A model generated the notes under the pieces. It was not told the origin of the DNA. It saw only the letters and a program-made list of their open reading frames with translations, and made no database searches. 64,000 nucleotides of DNA from an uncultured Chloroflexia bacterium (GTDB taxonomy: Bacteria; Chloroflexota; Chloroflexia; Thermomicrobiales; JALYUS01): positions 115,323 through 179,322 of the forward strand of contig CAWJZC010000027.1 in assembly GCA_963847195.1 (NCBI GenBank), in the 5' to 3' direction. Below, piece by piece: positions 44,932 through 55,106 of this stretch. The first letter of the stretch is position 1; each line of letters starts with the position of its first letter. The position numbers were made by a program, and so were the translations under genes.

Positions 44932-46635
44932 GTGGCGACTGTACCGAGCAATATCGAGATCGCCCAGGCTGCGACGCTGAAGCCGATCACCGAGGTCGCA
45001 TCCTCCCTCGGCCTCGGCGAGGACGACATCGAACATTACGGCAAGTACAAGGCGAAGATTCGCCTCGATGTGCTCGACCGGCTGGCGGACCGGCCACTGG
45101 GCAAATATATCGTCGTCACCGCAATCACGCCGACGCCGCTCGGCGAGGGCAAGACGACGACGACGGTCGGACTCGGGCAGGCGCTCGCGAAGATCGGCAA
45201 GCAGGCGATGATCGTCATCAGGCAGCCGTCTCTCGGGCCGGTCTTCGGTATCAAAGGTGGCGCGGCGGGCGGCGGCTACTCGCAGGTCGTGCCGATGGAA
45301 GATTTCAATCTCCATCTGACGGGCGATTTCCACGCCGTGACCGCCGCCCACAACCTTTGCGCCGCCTTCGTGGACAATTCGCTCTTCCACGGCAATCCAC
45401 TCAATATCGACCCGCAGGCCGTCGCGTGGCGGCGCGTGCTCGATGTGAACGATCGCGCGCTACGGCAGGTGATCGTCGGCCTCGGCGGCAAGGAGAATGG
45501 CAGCCCGCGCGAGACGGGATTCGACATCACTTCGGCGTCGGAAATCATGGCGATCCTCGCCCTGACGACCAGCCTCGCCGACGTGCGTGCGCGGCTTGGC
45601 CGAATTGTCGTCGCCCAGTCGCGCGACCGGATGCCGATAACGGCGGATGACCTGAAGGTAGCCGGGGCGATGGCCGTTTTGCTGAAGGATGCGATCCAGC
45701 CGAATCTCTTGCAGACGCTGGAGAATACGCCGGCAATCGTCCATGCCGGGCCGTTCGGCAATATCGCGCACGGGTGCAGCAGCATCCTTGCCGATCAGAT
45801 CGGGCTGCGGTTGGCGGACTATGTCGTCACCGAGGCGGGCTTCGGCGCGGACTTGGGCGCGGAGAAGTTCTTCAATATCAAGTGCCGGGCGAGCGGCCTC
45901 GCGCCGAGCGCGGCGGTGCTCGTCGCGACCGTCCGTGCCCTCAAAGCGCACAGCGGCAAATACCGCGTCGTCGCCGGCCGCCCGCTCGATCCCGCGCTGG
46001 GCGCGGAGGACCTGCCCGCGCTGCGCGATGGCCTCGCCAACCTGGAGAAGCAGATCGAGAACGTCCGCATCCACGGCGTACCCGTGGTGGTGGCGATCAA
46101 CCATTTCCCGACCGACACCGATGCCGAATTGACGCTCATACGCGAGGTGGCGCTCGCCGCCGGGGCGGCGGAGTGCGCGGTGAGCCGCATCTGGGCGGAG
46201 GGCGGCGATGGGGGGCGCGAGATGGCAGAGGCCGTCGTCCGCGTGGCCGAGCAGGGCAGCGATTTCCGCTTTCTCTACCCGCTCGACATCCCGATCAAGG
46301 AGAAGATCGCTACGATTGCCACGCGCATCTACGGCGCGGACGGCGTCTCGTTTCAGCCGGAGGCGGAGCGGAATATCCGCGATATCGAGCGTCAAGGATT
46401 CGGCGGGCTGCCCGTCTGCATGGCGAAGACGCATCTCTCGCTCTCGCATGACCCGACGCTGCGGGCGCGGCCTTCCGGTTTCACCGTGCCGATCCGCGCC
46501 GTCCGGCTCTCGGCGGGTGCGGGATTCGTCTATCCGCTGGCGGGCGACATCCGCACGATGCCCGGCCTCGGCGCCGACCCGGCGGGAGCGCACGTCGATC
46601 TCGACGAGAACGGCCGCATCGTCGGCCTGTTTTAG
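44932..46635 (+). CDS. fhs: Formate--tetrahydrofolate ligase
   Basis: TPTPLGEGKTT, GIKGGAAGGGYSQV, HAGPFGNIAHG, TEAGFGADLGAEKF, RTMPGL. Confidence 0.97.
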   Translation: MATVPSNIEIAQAATLKPITEVASSLGLGEDDIEHYGKYKAKIRLDVLDRLADRPLGKYIVVTAITPTPLGEGKTTTTVGLGQALAKIGKQAMIVIRQPSLGPVFGIKGGAAGGGYSQVVPMEDFNLHLTGDFHAVTAAHNLCAAFVDNSLFHGNPLNIDPQAVAWRRVLDVNDRALRQVIVGLGGKENGSPRETGFDITSASEIMAILALTTSLADVRARLGRIVVAQSRDRMPITADDLKVAGAMAVLLKDAIQPNLLQTLENTPAIVHAGPFGNIAHGCSSILADQIGLRLADYVVTEAGFGADLGAEKFFNIKCRASGLAPSAAVLVATVRALKAHSGKYRVVAGRPLDPALGAEDLPALRDGLANLEKQIENVRIHGVPVVVAINHFPTDTDAELTLIREVALAAGAAECAVSRIWAEGGDGGREMAEAVVRVAEQGSDFRFLYPLDIPIKEKIATIATRIYGADGVSFQPEAERNIRDIERQGFGGLPVCMAKTHLSLSHDPTLRARPSGFTVPIRAVRLSAGAGFVYPLAGDIRTMPGLGADPAGAHVDLDENGRIVGLF

Positions 46636-46655
46636 CGCGCGTACCTGTACATTGT

Positions 46656-46803
46656 GTCGATGGCGGCGGCAATCCAGCGCCGCGAATGCCTTCGTAGGCG
46701 CCCCTCCGAAGAGACGGTCAAGCGTTACCTTCGCGCCCTACTGGGCCATCTTCGGCTTCCGCCCGCCGACCTTCGCTGCGCCGGGCGGAAGGCCGCCACC
46801 GAC
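46656..46803 (-). ncRNA. Candidate structured non-coding RNA, family unassigned
   Basis: 12-bp closing helix, 10-bp hairpin, nested stems and a cUUCGg tetraloop; G-U pairs favour the minus strand. Confidence 0.5.
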
Positions 46804-47027
46804 GATTATCGTCCGCACAACCGAAGCGCCTCCGCGCGCGTATCATTATGTGGGAGTTGCCGCATCTCCGGGTATATCGGTAGCCGGTGGTACAGGTTGT
46901 GCGGCTGCCTCCAGGCGGCGTCTCTATGTCACGGTTTGCTGTGCCGCGCTATGTTATGCTCACCTTTATCGGTGGCGGACCGCCGCTACCCGCCGCGCGT
47001 TGTCGCGCATCTTAAGGACGGTGTCTC

Positions 47028-49226
47028 ATGTCGCTTGACGACCGTATCGGTCGCCCCAATTTGTTCACTCCGAACGACCGCAATTCGCGGAACCCGTTGG
47101 ACGACCCGAACAAGCGCGTGCCGCGCGTGCCGCGTAAAACGGACGACCCGAACAATCTGGGCAATAGGCCGCGTTTCCGTGTCCCTGGTTGGATCTGGTG
47201 GATTCTGCTCGCCGGTCTGTTGATCTGGAACATCCTTGCCCTTACCAACCCCTTCACGGCGGGGCCGACGAGCATCAATTACAGCGGCTTCCTCGCGCAG
47301 GTGCAGGCGGGCAATGTCAGCGACGTGACGCTGCGCGACCGGAACGTCACCGGCACATTCAAGCAGTCTGTCAAAGTGCAGAATGGCGATGTGGTCAGTG
47401 GGCCGGGCGTCGCCGCCACGCCGCCGACCGCAGCGCCGACCGCGACCAGCGGCGGCACCACCAGCGCGCCGACCAAGACGGTGACGGATTTCAAGACGAG
47501 TCTGCCCGTCGTGGAGAATCCGACGCTCCTGCCGCTCCTCCAGCAGCAGAATGTCAAGGTAAACGTCAAGGGGACGGATAGCGGCGGGTTCGTCTCGCTG
47601 CTGCTCAATCTCCTCATCAGCCTGCTCCCGCTGGCGCTCTTCATCGGCCTCGCCGTCTTCCTCGGGCGGCAGGTGACGCGCGGGCAGCAAGGCATCATGG
47701 GATTTGGCAAGTCGCAGGCGCGCGTCCACGACGCGGAGCGCCCGCAGGTGACCTTCGGCGATGTCGCCGGCGAGGACGAGGCGAAGCAGGAACTGACGGA
47801 GGTCGTCGACTTCCTGAAGAATCCCGGCAAATATCACCTGCTCGGCGCGCGGCTGCCCCGCGGCGTGCTGCTCGTCGGCCCTCCCGGCACCGGCAAGACG
47901 CTGCTCGCCAAGGCGGTCGCCGGGGAGTCGGGCGTGCCCTTCTTCAGCGTCTCGGCCTCCGAGTTCGTCGAGATGTTCGTCGGCGTCGGCGCATCCCGCG
48001 TGCGCGATCTCTTCAATAAGGCGAAGACCGCGTCGCCCGCGATTGTCTATGTCGATGAGATCGACGCGGTCGGGCGGCAGCGCTTCGCCGGCCTCGGCGG
48101 CGGCAACGATGAGCGCGAGCAGACGCTCAATCAACTGCTCGTTGAGATGGATGGCTTCGACCCGAAGCAGGAAGTCGTCGTCCTCGCCTCGACGAACCGG
48201 CCCGACGTGCTGGACCCGGCGCTGCTGCGGCCGGGCCGCTTCGACCGGCAGGTGACGGTCGGCCTGCCCGATCGCAAGGGGCGCGAGGCGATCCTGAAGA
48301 TTCACTCGCGCGGCCTGCCTCTCGCGCAAGATGTCAACCTTAACCGCGTGGCGCAGTCAACGCCGGGCTTTGCGGGCGCGGACCTCGCCAACCTGGTCAA
48401 CGAGTCCGCCCTCCACGCGGCGCGGGGCAACCGCCAGCAGATTACCGCCGCCGATTTCTCCGAGGCGCTCGATAAGATCATCCTCGGCACGGCGCGCGGG
48501 CTGATCCTCAACGACCACGACAAGAAAGTCGTCGCCTTCCACGAGGCGGGGCACGCGGTGGCGGCCTATTACTCGCCGGGCACGGACCCCTTGACGAAGG
48601 TCTCCATCGTGCCGCGCGGTCGCGCGCTCGGCGTGACGATCCAGAGCCCGGAGGAGGACCGGTTCAATTACCCGAAGGCATACCTGCTCGCGCGCCTGGT
48701 CGTGATGTTCGGCGGTCGCGCGGCGGAGGAAATCGTCATCGGCGAGATAACGACGGGCGCGGAGAGCGACCTCAAAGAATCGACCTCGCTCGCGCGGCGG
48801 ATGGTCGGACTCTGGGGGATGAGCGAGGAGGTCGGCTCCCTCTACCTCGGTACGGGGGAGCAGGACGTCTTCCTCGGCCGTGAATTGACGCGGGACCGCG
48901 ACTACAGCGAGGACACGATTTCCGCCGCCGATCGTGCCGTCCGCGAGTTGCTGGAGCGGTCGCATCATCGGGCGACGCAACTGCTCACCGAGCATCGCGC
49001 GGCGCTCGATCTGCTGGCGCAGCGCCTGCTCGACGACGAGACGCTCGACCAGGAGCAGGTCTTCGCCATCTTCGAGGCCGCGGACGGCGGGATGCCGCGC
49101 GACGGATTCACGAGCGAGCCGGGGGCGCGGCCCGCTCCGGTCCCGGAGCCGGCGCTCTCAGGCGGTATCCGCACGGAGAGCGGTGATACATCGGTAACCG
49201 AGAGGCCGTCCGTGATGACCGACTGA
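47028..49226 (+). CDS. ftsH: ATP-dependent zinc metalloprotease FtsH
   Basis: Two TM helices, [30 protein letters not shown]. Confidence 0.97.
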   Translation: MSLDDRIGRPNLFTPNDRNSRNPLDDPNKRVPRVPRKTDDPNNLGNRPRFRVPGWIWWILLAGLLIWNILALTNPFTAGPTSINYSGFLAQVQAGNVSDVTLRDRNVTGTFKQSVKVQNGDVVSGPGVAATPPTAAPTATSGGTTSAPTKTVTDFKTSLPVVENPTLLPLLQQQNVKVNVKGTDSGGFVSLLLNLLISLLPLALFIGLAVFLGRQVTRGQQGIMGFGKSQARVHDAERPQVTFGDVAGEDEAKQELTEVVDFLKNPGKYHLLGARLPRGVLLVGPPGTGKTLLAKAVAGESGVPFFSVSASEFVEMFVGVGASRVRDLFNKAKTASPAIVYVDEIDAVGRQRFAGLGGGNDEREQTLNQLLVEMDGFDPKQEVVVLASTNRPDVLDPALLRPGRFDRQVTVGLPDRKGREAILKIHSRGLPLAQDVNLNRVAQSTPGFAGADLANLVNESALHAARGNRQQITAADFSEALDKIILGTARGLILNDHDKKVVAFHEAGHAVAAYYSPGTDPLTKVSIVPRGRALGVTIQSPEEDRFNYPKAYLLARLVVMFGGRAAEEIVIGEITTGAESDLKESTSLARRMVGLWGMSEEVGSLYLGTGEQDVFLGRELTRDRDYSEDTISAADRAVRELLERSHHRATQLLTEHRAALDLLAQRLLDDETLDQEQVFAIFEAADGGMPRDGFTSEPGARPAPVPEPALSGGIRTESGDTSVTERPSVMTD

Positions 49227-49309
49227 CGGCATCCGCAGTGCCGGTGGCAGCGATTCACCGCTGCACGTTGCCACCGGTATGAGATGTACGTACATTCGTA
49301 TGTTAAGGG

Positions 49310-49338
49310 TTGACGTGCCGCAAGGTGCGCCGTATGAT
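49310..49338 (+). promoter_or_regulatory. Sigma70-type promoter
   Basis: TTGACG-17 nt-TATGAT, about 230 nt upstream of the SWIM-finger gene. Confidence 0.7.
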
Positions 49339-49569
49339 GGTTCTATCAGGTTCGTACACGGCGCTACAGGCGGTGATAACAATGGACTGCTACTACCCAT
49401 TCCGCGACGCATCATTGATGCAGGAATCGCGAACCGCAATGTACTGCCACTTGACCACCGCAGGGAGCGCAAAACCCTGCGGTGGACTGTTTTCGGGCAC
49501 CGGGGCGACGGCCCCCATCGTATTGGGTAGCGGCTTGGGAGCGAGCCGCGCAACGGCAGGAGGCAATCT

Positions 49570-49842
49570 GTGATGCATTCCAGCATGATCGGGAAGCTCG
49601 AAAAGGCGCGCCGCTATGCGGATGAGCCGTGGCGCGTGGCGCTCCAAACCCTCACCGTCGAGTTCAAGGGTGATAATGATGCCCATACCGTCAGCGCCGA
49701 GGGTGGCGCGTGGCACTGCACCTGCGATTTCCATGCGAAAAATAGCACCTGCGCGCACGTCATGGCCGTCCAGCACATGATGGAGCGCACCTTCAGCGGC
49801 GCGGCCATCGACCACACCGCACACCTTCTCCACTCGCGCTAA
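49570..49842 (+). CDS. Small SWIM-type zinc-finger protein
   Basis: AGGAGG RBS; WHCTCDF...TCAH (CxC-xn-CxH). Confidence 0.8.
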   Translation: MMHSSMIGKLEKARRYADEPWRVALQTLTVEFKGDNDAHTVSAEGGAWHCTCDFHAKNSTCAHVMAVQHMMERTFSGAAIDHTAHLLHSR

Positions 49843-49873
49843 TCATCTCTCTCGGAACATTCAAGCAGTAGAC

Positions 49874-49940
49874 GAGCGGCCCCGAACGGGGCCGCTCAAC
49901 GTATAATCGGGTGACGGCGGGCTTCAGCCCGCCGTCACCC
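49874..49940. terminator. Two hairpins between convergent genes; the second has the REP-like core gcgggcttcagcccgc
   Basis: gagcggcccc/ggggccgctc and gggtgacggcgggct/agcccgccgtcaccc. Confidence 0.6.
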
Positions 49941-50178
49941 TAATTCGCGCTGAATGTCGTGGGCGTCGCCTGCATCGTCTTGACGGCGACGCTGCCGTTC
50001 GTCAGCAACTCGCGCCGGTCGAAGCGACCTTGGCGGGGCGCGCCGTCGCGGAGACGGACGATCGCCGGGCGCGCGAGGAGGGTCGCTGGGTGCGTCCCGC
50101 TGACGATCGAGAGGTTGATACAGGCGGCGGTGAAATAGGAGAGCAAGCGCTGACGCACGGTGTACCTGCGATCGATGA

Positions 50179-50565
50179 TTAGAGTCGTTCGAAACGGAGG
50201 ATTTTCAGCGCGAAGACGACCGCGCCGCCGACCGGCACCTCCATCACATCGGACGGATACCAGGCGTGGATATCGAGCATGTCGGGCGGCACGACTTCCA
50301 TCCGCTCGCGGCAGTGCTCCATAATCATCCGCTTGACGCGCGAGACCTGCCAGTCCTCCACGCCGATCAGGAGCGTCGTGCTGCCCATGCGCAGAAAACC
50401 GCCCGTGCTGCCGACGCGCGTGAGGCGGAAGTGCGCCTGCGTGAGCGCGTCCGTGATCGCGTTCGCGTCGTAATCCTGCACGACCGCCACGATCAGTTTG
50501 GTCGGCACCGTGCGGGCCGTCGCCGATGGTGGGTAGGTGTTGACAGGGGGAACGGTCACGGGCAT
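50179..50565 (-). CDS. darA: Cyclic-di-AMP receptor, PII-like (DarA/PstA/YaaQ)
   Basis: KLIVAVVQDYD, STGGFLRMGSTTLLIGVED, VGGAVVF. Confidence 0.88.
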   Translation of the reverse strand: MPVTVPPVNTYPPSATARTVPTKLIVAVVQDYDANAITDALTQAHFRLTRVGSTGGFLRMGSTTLLIGVEDWQVSRVKRMIMEHCRERMEVVPPDMLDIHAWYPSDVMEVPVGGAVVFALKILRFERL

Positions 50566-50665
50566 TTCCTTCCGATGCGCAGGTTCAGTATCCTGTCGTG
50601 GGTTTATACCACGTTGTCGGCGCATGGTACACTCCCCTGACAAGACGGAAAGGTACGCGGGAGAC

Positions 50666-51442
50666 GTGGCTGGGACGCGCGCACAGAAAAATCAAGGTCC
50701 GCGCGATCTCCTACTCCTTGTCATCGCGCGTGCGGGCGACGGCGGTGTTGAGATCGCGGGCGTCGATCCGGCCAGCGGATCGTGGCTGCGGATAGCGAAT
50801 GCCGAGGGCGCACGGGTCTTCTCGCCGGCTATCCTGTCCCGCCCCAATGACGGTTATCTCCAGGCGTTCGACACGGTGCGGCTGCCCCGCGCGACGCCGA
50901 TGCCGCACTCGCCCTTTGTCGAGCGCGCCGCGGTCGATCTGACGACGGCCCCCGCCGTCCTCGGCCATGTCGAGGAGCGCGCCCTCAGCCGCACACTGGC
51001 AGAGATCGCCGTGCCACACCTCGATACCCTCCTACCGGCGGGGAAGCGCGTCCTGACGCCGAAGGATTTCCAACCGGGAGGCCGCCAGCGATCGATCGCG
51101 ATGCTCCGGCCCGACCAACTGCAACATATCCACTTCTCGTATGAGGGCGAGGGTGTCCGCGCGGGGGTCGCGTTCCGCCATCGCGGTCAGGCATACGGCG
51201 GCGTGATGGGCCTGCCCTGCCCGGACATCAAACTGCGCGCCTTCGCGCGCGCGGCGTTGCGCAAGGAGGGGTCGCTGGCGATCACGCTCGACGGGAAGGC
51301 GTGCTACAACCGCTTCGCGTGCGGGCGTATCTATCTGACAATTGGCCTGGTCGAAGGGGCGGACGAGACCTTCTGGCCCCAGGTGCTCGGCTTCCACCCT
51401 ATCCGAGAATACGCCGCGACGATCGACTACGCGCGCCTGTAA
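50666..51442 (+). CDS. Dual OB-fold domain-like protein
   Basis: IAGVD..SGSWLRI, FDTVRLP, RSIAMLRP, RIYLTIGL..QVLG pattern; weak, by eye. Confidence 0.45.
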   Translation: MAGTRAQKNQGPRDLLLLVIARAGDGGVEIAGVDPASGSWLRIANAEGARVFSPAILSRPNDGYLQAFDTVRLPRATPMPHSPFVERAAVDLTTAPAVLGHVEERALSRTLAEIAVPHLDTLLPAGKRVLTPKDFQPGGRQRSIAMLRPDQLQHIHFSYEGEGVRAGVAFRHRGQAYGGVMGLPCPDIKLRAFARAALRKEGSLAITLDGKACYNRFACGRIYLTIGLVEGADETFWPQVLGFHPIREYAATIDYARL

Positions 51443-51960
51443 GCTTCCGGCACGAAATCGATCAGCGTGCCGTCGAAGGGGAACATCTGCGCGGCGTGCG
51501 CGGCGATCAGCGCCGCCAGTTCGGTGCGGGCGCGCTCAACGATTTCCGGCGGGTAGCAGTATTGGCGCTGGTGTGCGATGAACTCATCCTCATCATCGAC
51601 GCGATAGGTGCCGTCCGCATAGGCGATTAGGTCCAGATCGAGGTCCACATAGGAGAGCACATCGTCCACGAATGTGCATGGCATGGAGACGTCGCAGTAC
51701 CAGAACTTGAACGCCCCCTTCGACTCGTAGACCGCCGCGATGTTGTTCCAGCGCTCGGTGCTGCACCAGGTGACAGACTGGGTCGGCAGGTAGAACCCCC
51801 CGCCGCGCAGGTGGTCGGTGATCGCGAGGCCGGGCGGGTTATAGAGGATCAGTTCGTCGCCTCGTTCGCGCAGCAGGCGCTTCTGGTACGAGTAGTAGCG
51901 CACGTTTGGATACTTCATCTTTTCGATGCGGACTTTGCGCTGATTGATCGGTGGCTGCAT
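51427..51960 (-). CDS. DUF402 (FomD-like) protein
   Basis: WYCDVSMP, YVDLDLDLI, DEDEF. Confidence 0.88.
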   Translation of the reverse strand: MQPPINQRKVRIEKMKYPNVRYYSYQKRLLRERGDELILYNPPGLAITDHLRGGGFYLPTQSVTWCSTERWNNIAAVYESKGAFKFWYCDVSMPCTFVDDVLSYVDLDLDLIAYADGTYRVDDEDEFIAHQRQYCYPPEIVERARTELAALIAAHAAQMFPFDGTLIDFVPEAYRRA

Positions 51961-52031
51961 CGACGCCTCACTTTTCTCCCATAGGTGTTCATCCATAGAG
52001 TACACGAATTTCGCGCATGATGTCGGGGGCG

Positions 52032-52140
52032 AACCGCCAAGATCGCCAAGAAGATACAGAGCACAGAGGGCACAGAGCGCGCGGAGTACACAGCGATGAA
52101 ACGATGAAATCCCCTCAGTGTCCGCTGTGCTCGGTTTCTC
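52032..52140. repeat. Degenerate REP-like element combining cgccaag and cacagag units
   Basis: aaccgccaagatcgccaag..cagagcacagagggcacagag..ctcagtgtccgctgtgctcggtt; between Gfo/Idh/MocA and DUF402 genes. Confidence 0.55.
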
Positions 52141-52145
52141 TTCTC

Positions 52146-53131
52146 TTATAGGCGCATCACCGCGCCGTTGAGGGCGGAGTCGTTTGCGGCCATGACGAGG
52201 CGATGCGTCTTCATCGCATCATCGAACGACTGGCGGACGCCGCTCATGTCGCCGCTGGTGATTGCCGTGAAAAAGGCATGGGAGAGATTTCGTTCGCCGT
52301 CGCCGGTCTGGCCGGGGAAATCTTCGGTCCCCTCGGGCGTTGTCCATGTCGTGCCATTCCAGCCGAATTCCGCCTTGCCGTCCGCTGCGATAATCGTCAA
52401 ACCGGCGCTCGGGGCGATGCCCGGTTTGAGCGCGTAGGTGCTCGCGTAGCCGCAGACCGCGCCGTTCGCCCATTGAACGGTGAGGCTGTACGAATCCCAG
52501 TTCTCCCAGTTCTCCTGGCCGTGCATCACCTGATCGGCGTAGCGCGCGTAGACTTCCGCCGGTTCCGTGTTCATCACGTAGCGGCAGAGATCGAGATAAT
52601 GGATGCCCCACTCGACGACATGCCCGCCACCCCAGGTGCGATACCAGTTGCCGGGGATATCCGGGCCCTTGCGATAGTTCCAGATATGCGTCAGGGCGAC
52701 CTTCTGGCGCGACAACCGCTCCCGCAACGTGTCCACGCCGGGGACGTAGCGGAGTTGATGGCAGACGTGGACCTGCCGGTTCATGTCCTCCGCGACCATG
52801 CCGATGGCCTCGGCATCCGCGATGGTGAGGGCAATCGGCTTCTCCAGCACGACGTGCGCGCCGAGTTGCAGCGCCTCGGTCGCCTGCTCCCGGTGCAACG
52901 GCGGCGGCGTCGTGATGTAGACGACGTCCGGTTCGATGTCGCGGAGCATCGCCGAGGCGTCCGTGTAGACCTTCGCGTGCGGCGCGTGCTCGCCGACGAG
53001 CGAACGCGCGCGCCCCTCGTCAATGTCCGCGATCCCCATCACGAGCGCCTGGTCTTCGAGTTCCGCGACTGCCTGCGTATGTGCGATGCCCGCGCCGCCC
53101 TGCTCCGATTACCGACTGCTTTCAGTGCCAT
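52146..53131 (-). CDS. Gfo/Idh/MocA family oxidoreductase (frameshift near N-terminus)
   Basis: VIGAG, DVVYITTPPPLH, HVVLEKP, GGGHVVEWGIHYLD. Confidence 0.9.
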
Positions 53132-53234
53132 GTTGTTACCCCGTCTGTCCCCCGCCCCCGCACGAGCGGGAAGGGGATCATTCCCTAGTCCGCATGCGCG
53201 GCTCGCCGTTTCGGTGGGCGCACGCCGGTACCGC

Positions 53235-54969
53235 TTACTGCCCGCTACCGTCGGGGAGCGCGTCGCGGATCTGCCCGCTCGCGCGGGCGAAATCGAAGTC
53301 GCACCCCTCGTGCGCCTGGAGGACATGGTTGAGATAGAGCCAGTGGTAGCCGCGCACATTGGTCGGTACCGGGCTTTTCCAATCTTTGAGACGTTCCCGC
53401 ATCTCCTCGTCGGAGATCAGCACATTGAGCGTCCGTTCCGGCACATTGAGTTCGATGATGTCGCCGTCGCGCACCGCCGCGAGCGGGCCGCCCGCCGCCG
53501 CCTCGGGCGAGACGTGGAGGACGGTCGTGCCGAAGGCGGTGCCGCTCATCCGGGCGTCGGTGATGCGCACGATATCGCGCATGCCGCTGCGGATCAGTTT
53601 GTTCGGCACCGCGACGCCACCGCCCGTCTCCGGCATACCGGGGAAGCCGAGCGGCCCCTGATAGCGCTGGATAATGACCGCGTTCGGGTCCATCTCGTAG
53701 TTGTCGTCGTGCAGGGCGGCGTGCAGTTCGTCATTCGAGTTGAAGACGATCGCCGGGCCGCGATGGACGAGCAGATGCGGCGAGGCGGCCGTCTGCTTGA
53801 TGACCGCGCCGAACGGCGCGAGGTTGCCGTGCAGGATCGCCGTGCCGCCCTCCGGGTGCAGCGGGTTCGAGAGCGGCCGGATGACATCGTGATCGCGCGA
53901 GTGCGGCGCGTTCTCCAGATTCTCGCCGATGGTCTTCGTCGTCACCGTCAGGCAGTCGCGGTGCAGGAGCGATTCGATCTCCTTCATCACCGCCGGGACG
54001 CCGCCCGCCTCGAAAACCTCGTTCATCATGTACTCGCCGGAGGGCTTGACGTTGACGATGAAAGGCGTCGTGCGGCTGAGTTGATCGAAGACGGACAAGG
54101 GCAGGTCGATGCCCAGCCGCCCCGCAATCGCGACAAGATGGATGACGGCATTCGTGCTGCCGCCAATCGCCATGCTGACCCGGATGGCGTTCTCCAGTGA
54201 CGCGCGGGTGATGATGTCGGACGGCTTGATGCCGCGCTTGACCAGTTCGATGATCTGCCGCCCGGATTCCTCAGCCACCCGGTAGCGGCGCGCGTCAACG
54301 GCCGGGATGTTCGCGGAACCCGTCAGGCAAAGGCCCATCGCCTCGGCGAGGCTCGTCATCGTACTCGCCGTGCCCATCACCTCGCAGTGGCCGACGCTCC
54401 GCTTGTAGCCCGCCTCGAACTCCATCATATCCTCGTCGGTGACGAGTCCGGCGCGCAGTTCGGCCTCCATTTTGGTGAAGTCCGTCGTGCCGACATCCTT
54501 GCCGCGATAGCGGCCGGAGAGCGACGGCCCGCCCGTGACGAGGATCGCGGGGAGGTTCGCGCTCGCCGCGCCCATAATCATCGCCGGGGTCGTCTTGTCG
54601 CACGACGAGAGCAGCACGACGCCATCGAGCGGCTGGGCGCGGATCATCTCCTCGACATCCATCGCCATCAGGTTGCGGAACATCATCGTCGTCGGCGACA
54701 TCGTCGTCTCGCCGAGCGAGATGACGGGGAATTCCAGCGGCAAGCCGCCCGCCTGCCAGACGCCGCGCTTGACGGCCTCCGCGACATCGTGCAGGTGGAT
54801 AGTTGCAGTTATTCAACTCGCTCCACGAGTTGCAGATGCCGATGATCGGCCGCCCGTCCATGTCCGCGCTCGTGTACCCCGCGCCCATCAGGAAGGCGCG
54901 CGAGACCGTCCGCCCCTTGCCGTACTTGCCGAGCCAACCGCCACCGAGATTGGGTGGTGTCATCGCCAT
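53235..54969 (-). CDS. IlvD/Edd family dehydratase, probably a sugar-acid dehydratase (frameshift near 54800)
   Basis: PIIGICNSWSELNNCN, RNLMAMDVEE, CDKTTP, GHCEVMGTASTM, GGSTN, TDARMSGT, LHVSPEAA. Confidence 0.92.
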
Positions 54970-54973
54970 TGAT

Positions 54974-55106
54974 CCTACCCCCTACCCCCCTCCCTCGAAC
55001 GGGAAGGGGAATCGGAGGGCGCATGAGGCGCGCCCTTCCATGAGCTCCCCGCATGAGCCCCCGCTCCAATGCTAGTCAGCAATGGAGCGGGGGCTGGGGG
55101 TGAGAC
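54974..55106. repeat. REP-like element (same family as 12125-12238)
   Basis: cctaccccctaccccc..ccctcgaacgggaagggg..cccccgctcca..tggagcgggggctgggggtgag inside an operon spacer. Confidence 0.65.

Noticed and set aside
46656-46803. Retron msr-msd or IS200/IS605 end as the explanation for the structured element
   Set aside because: No reverse transcriptase, TnpA or TnpB nearby.
52203-54200. Long antisense ORFs (also 31705-33255, 46986-48329, 45460-46593)
   Set aside because: Shadow frames of real genes in high-GC DNA; no recognisable motifs.
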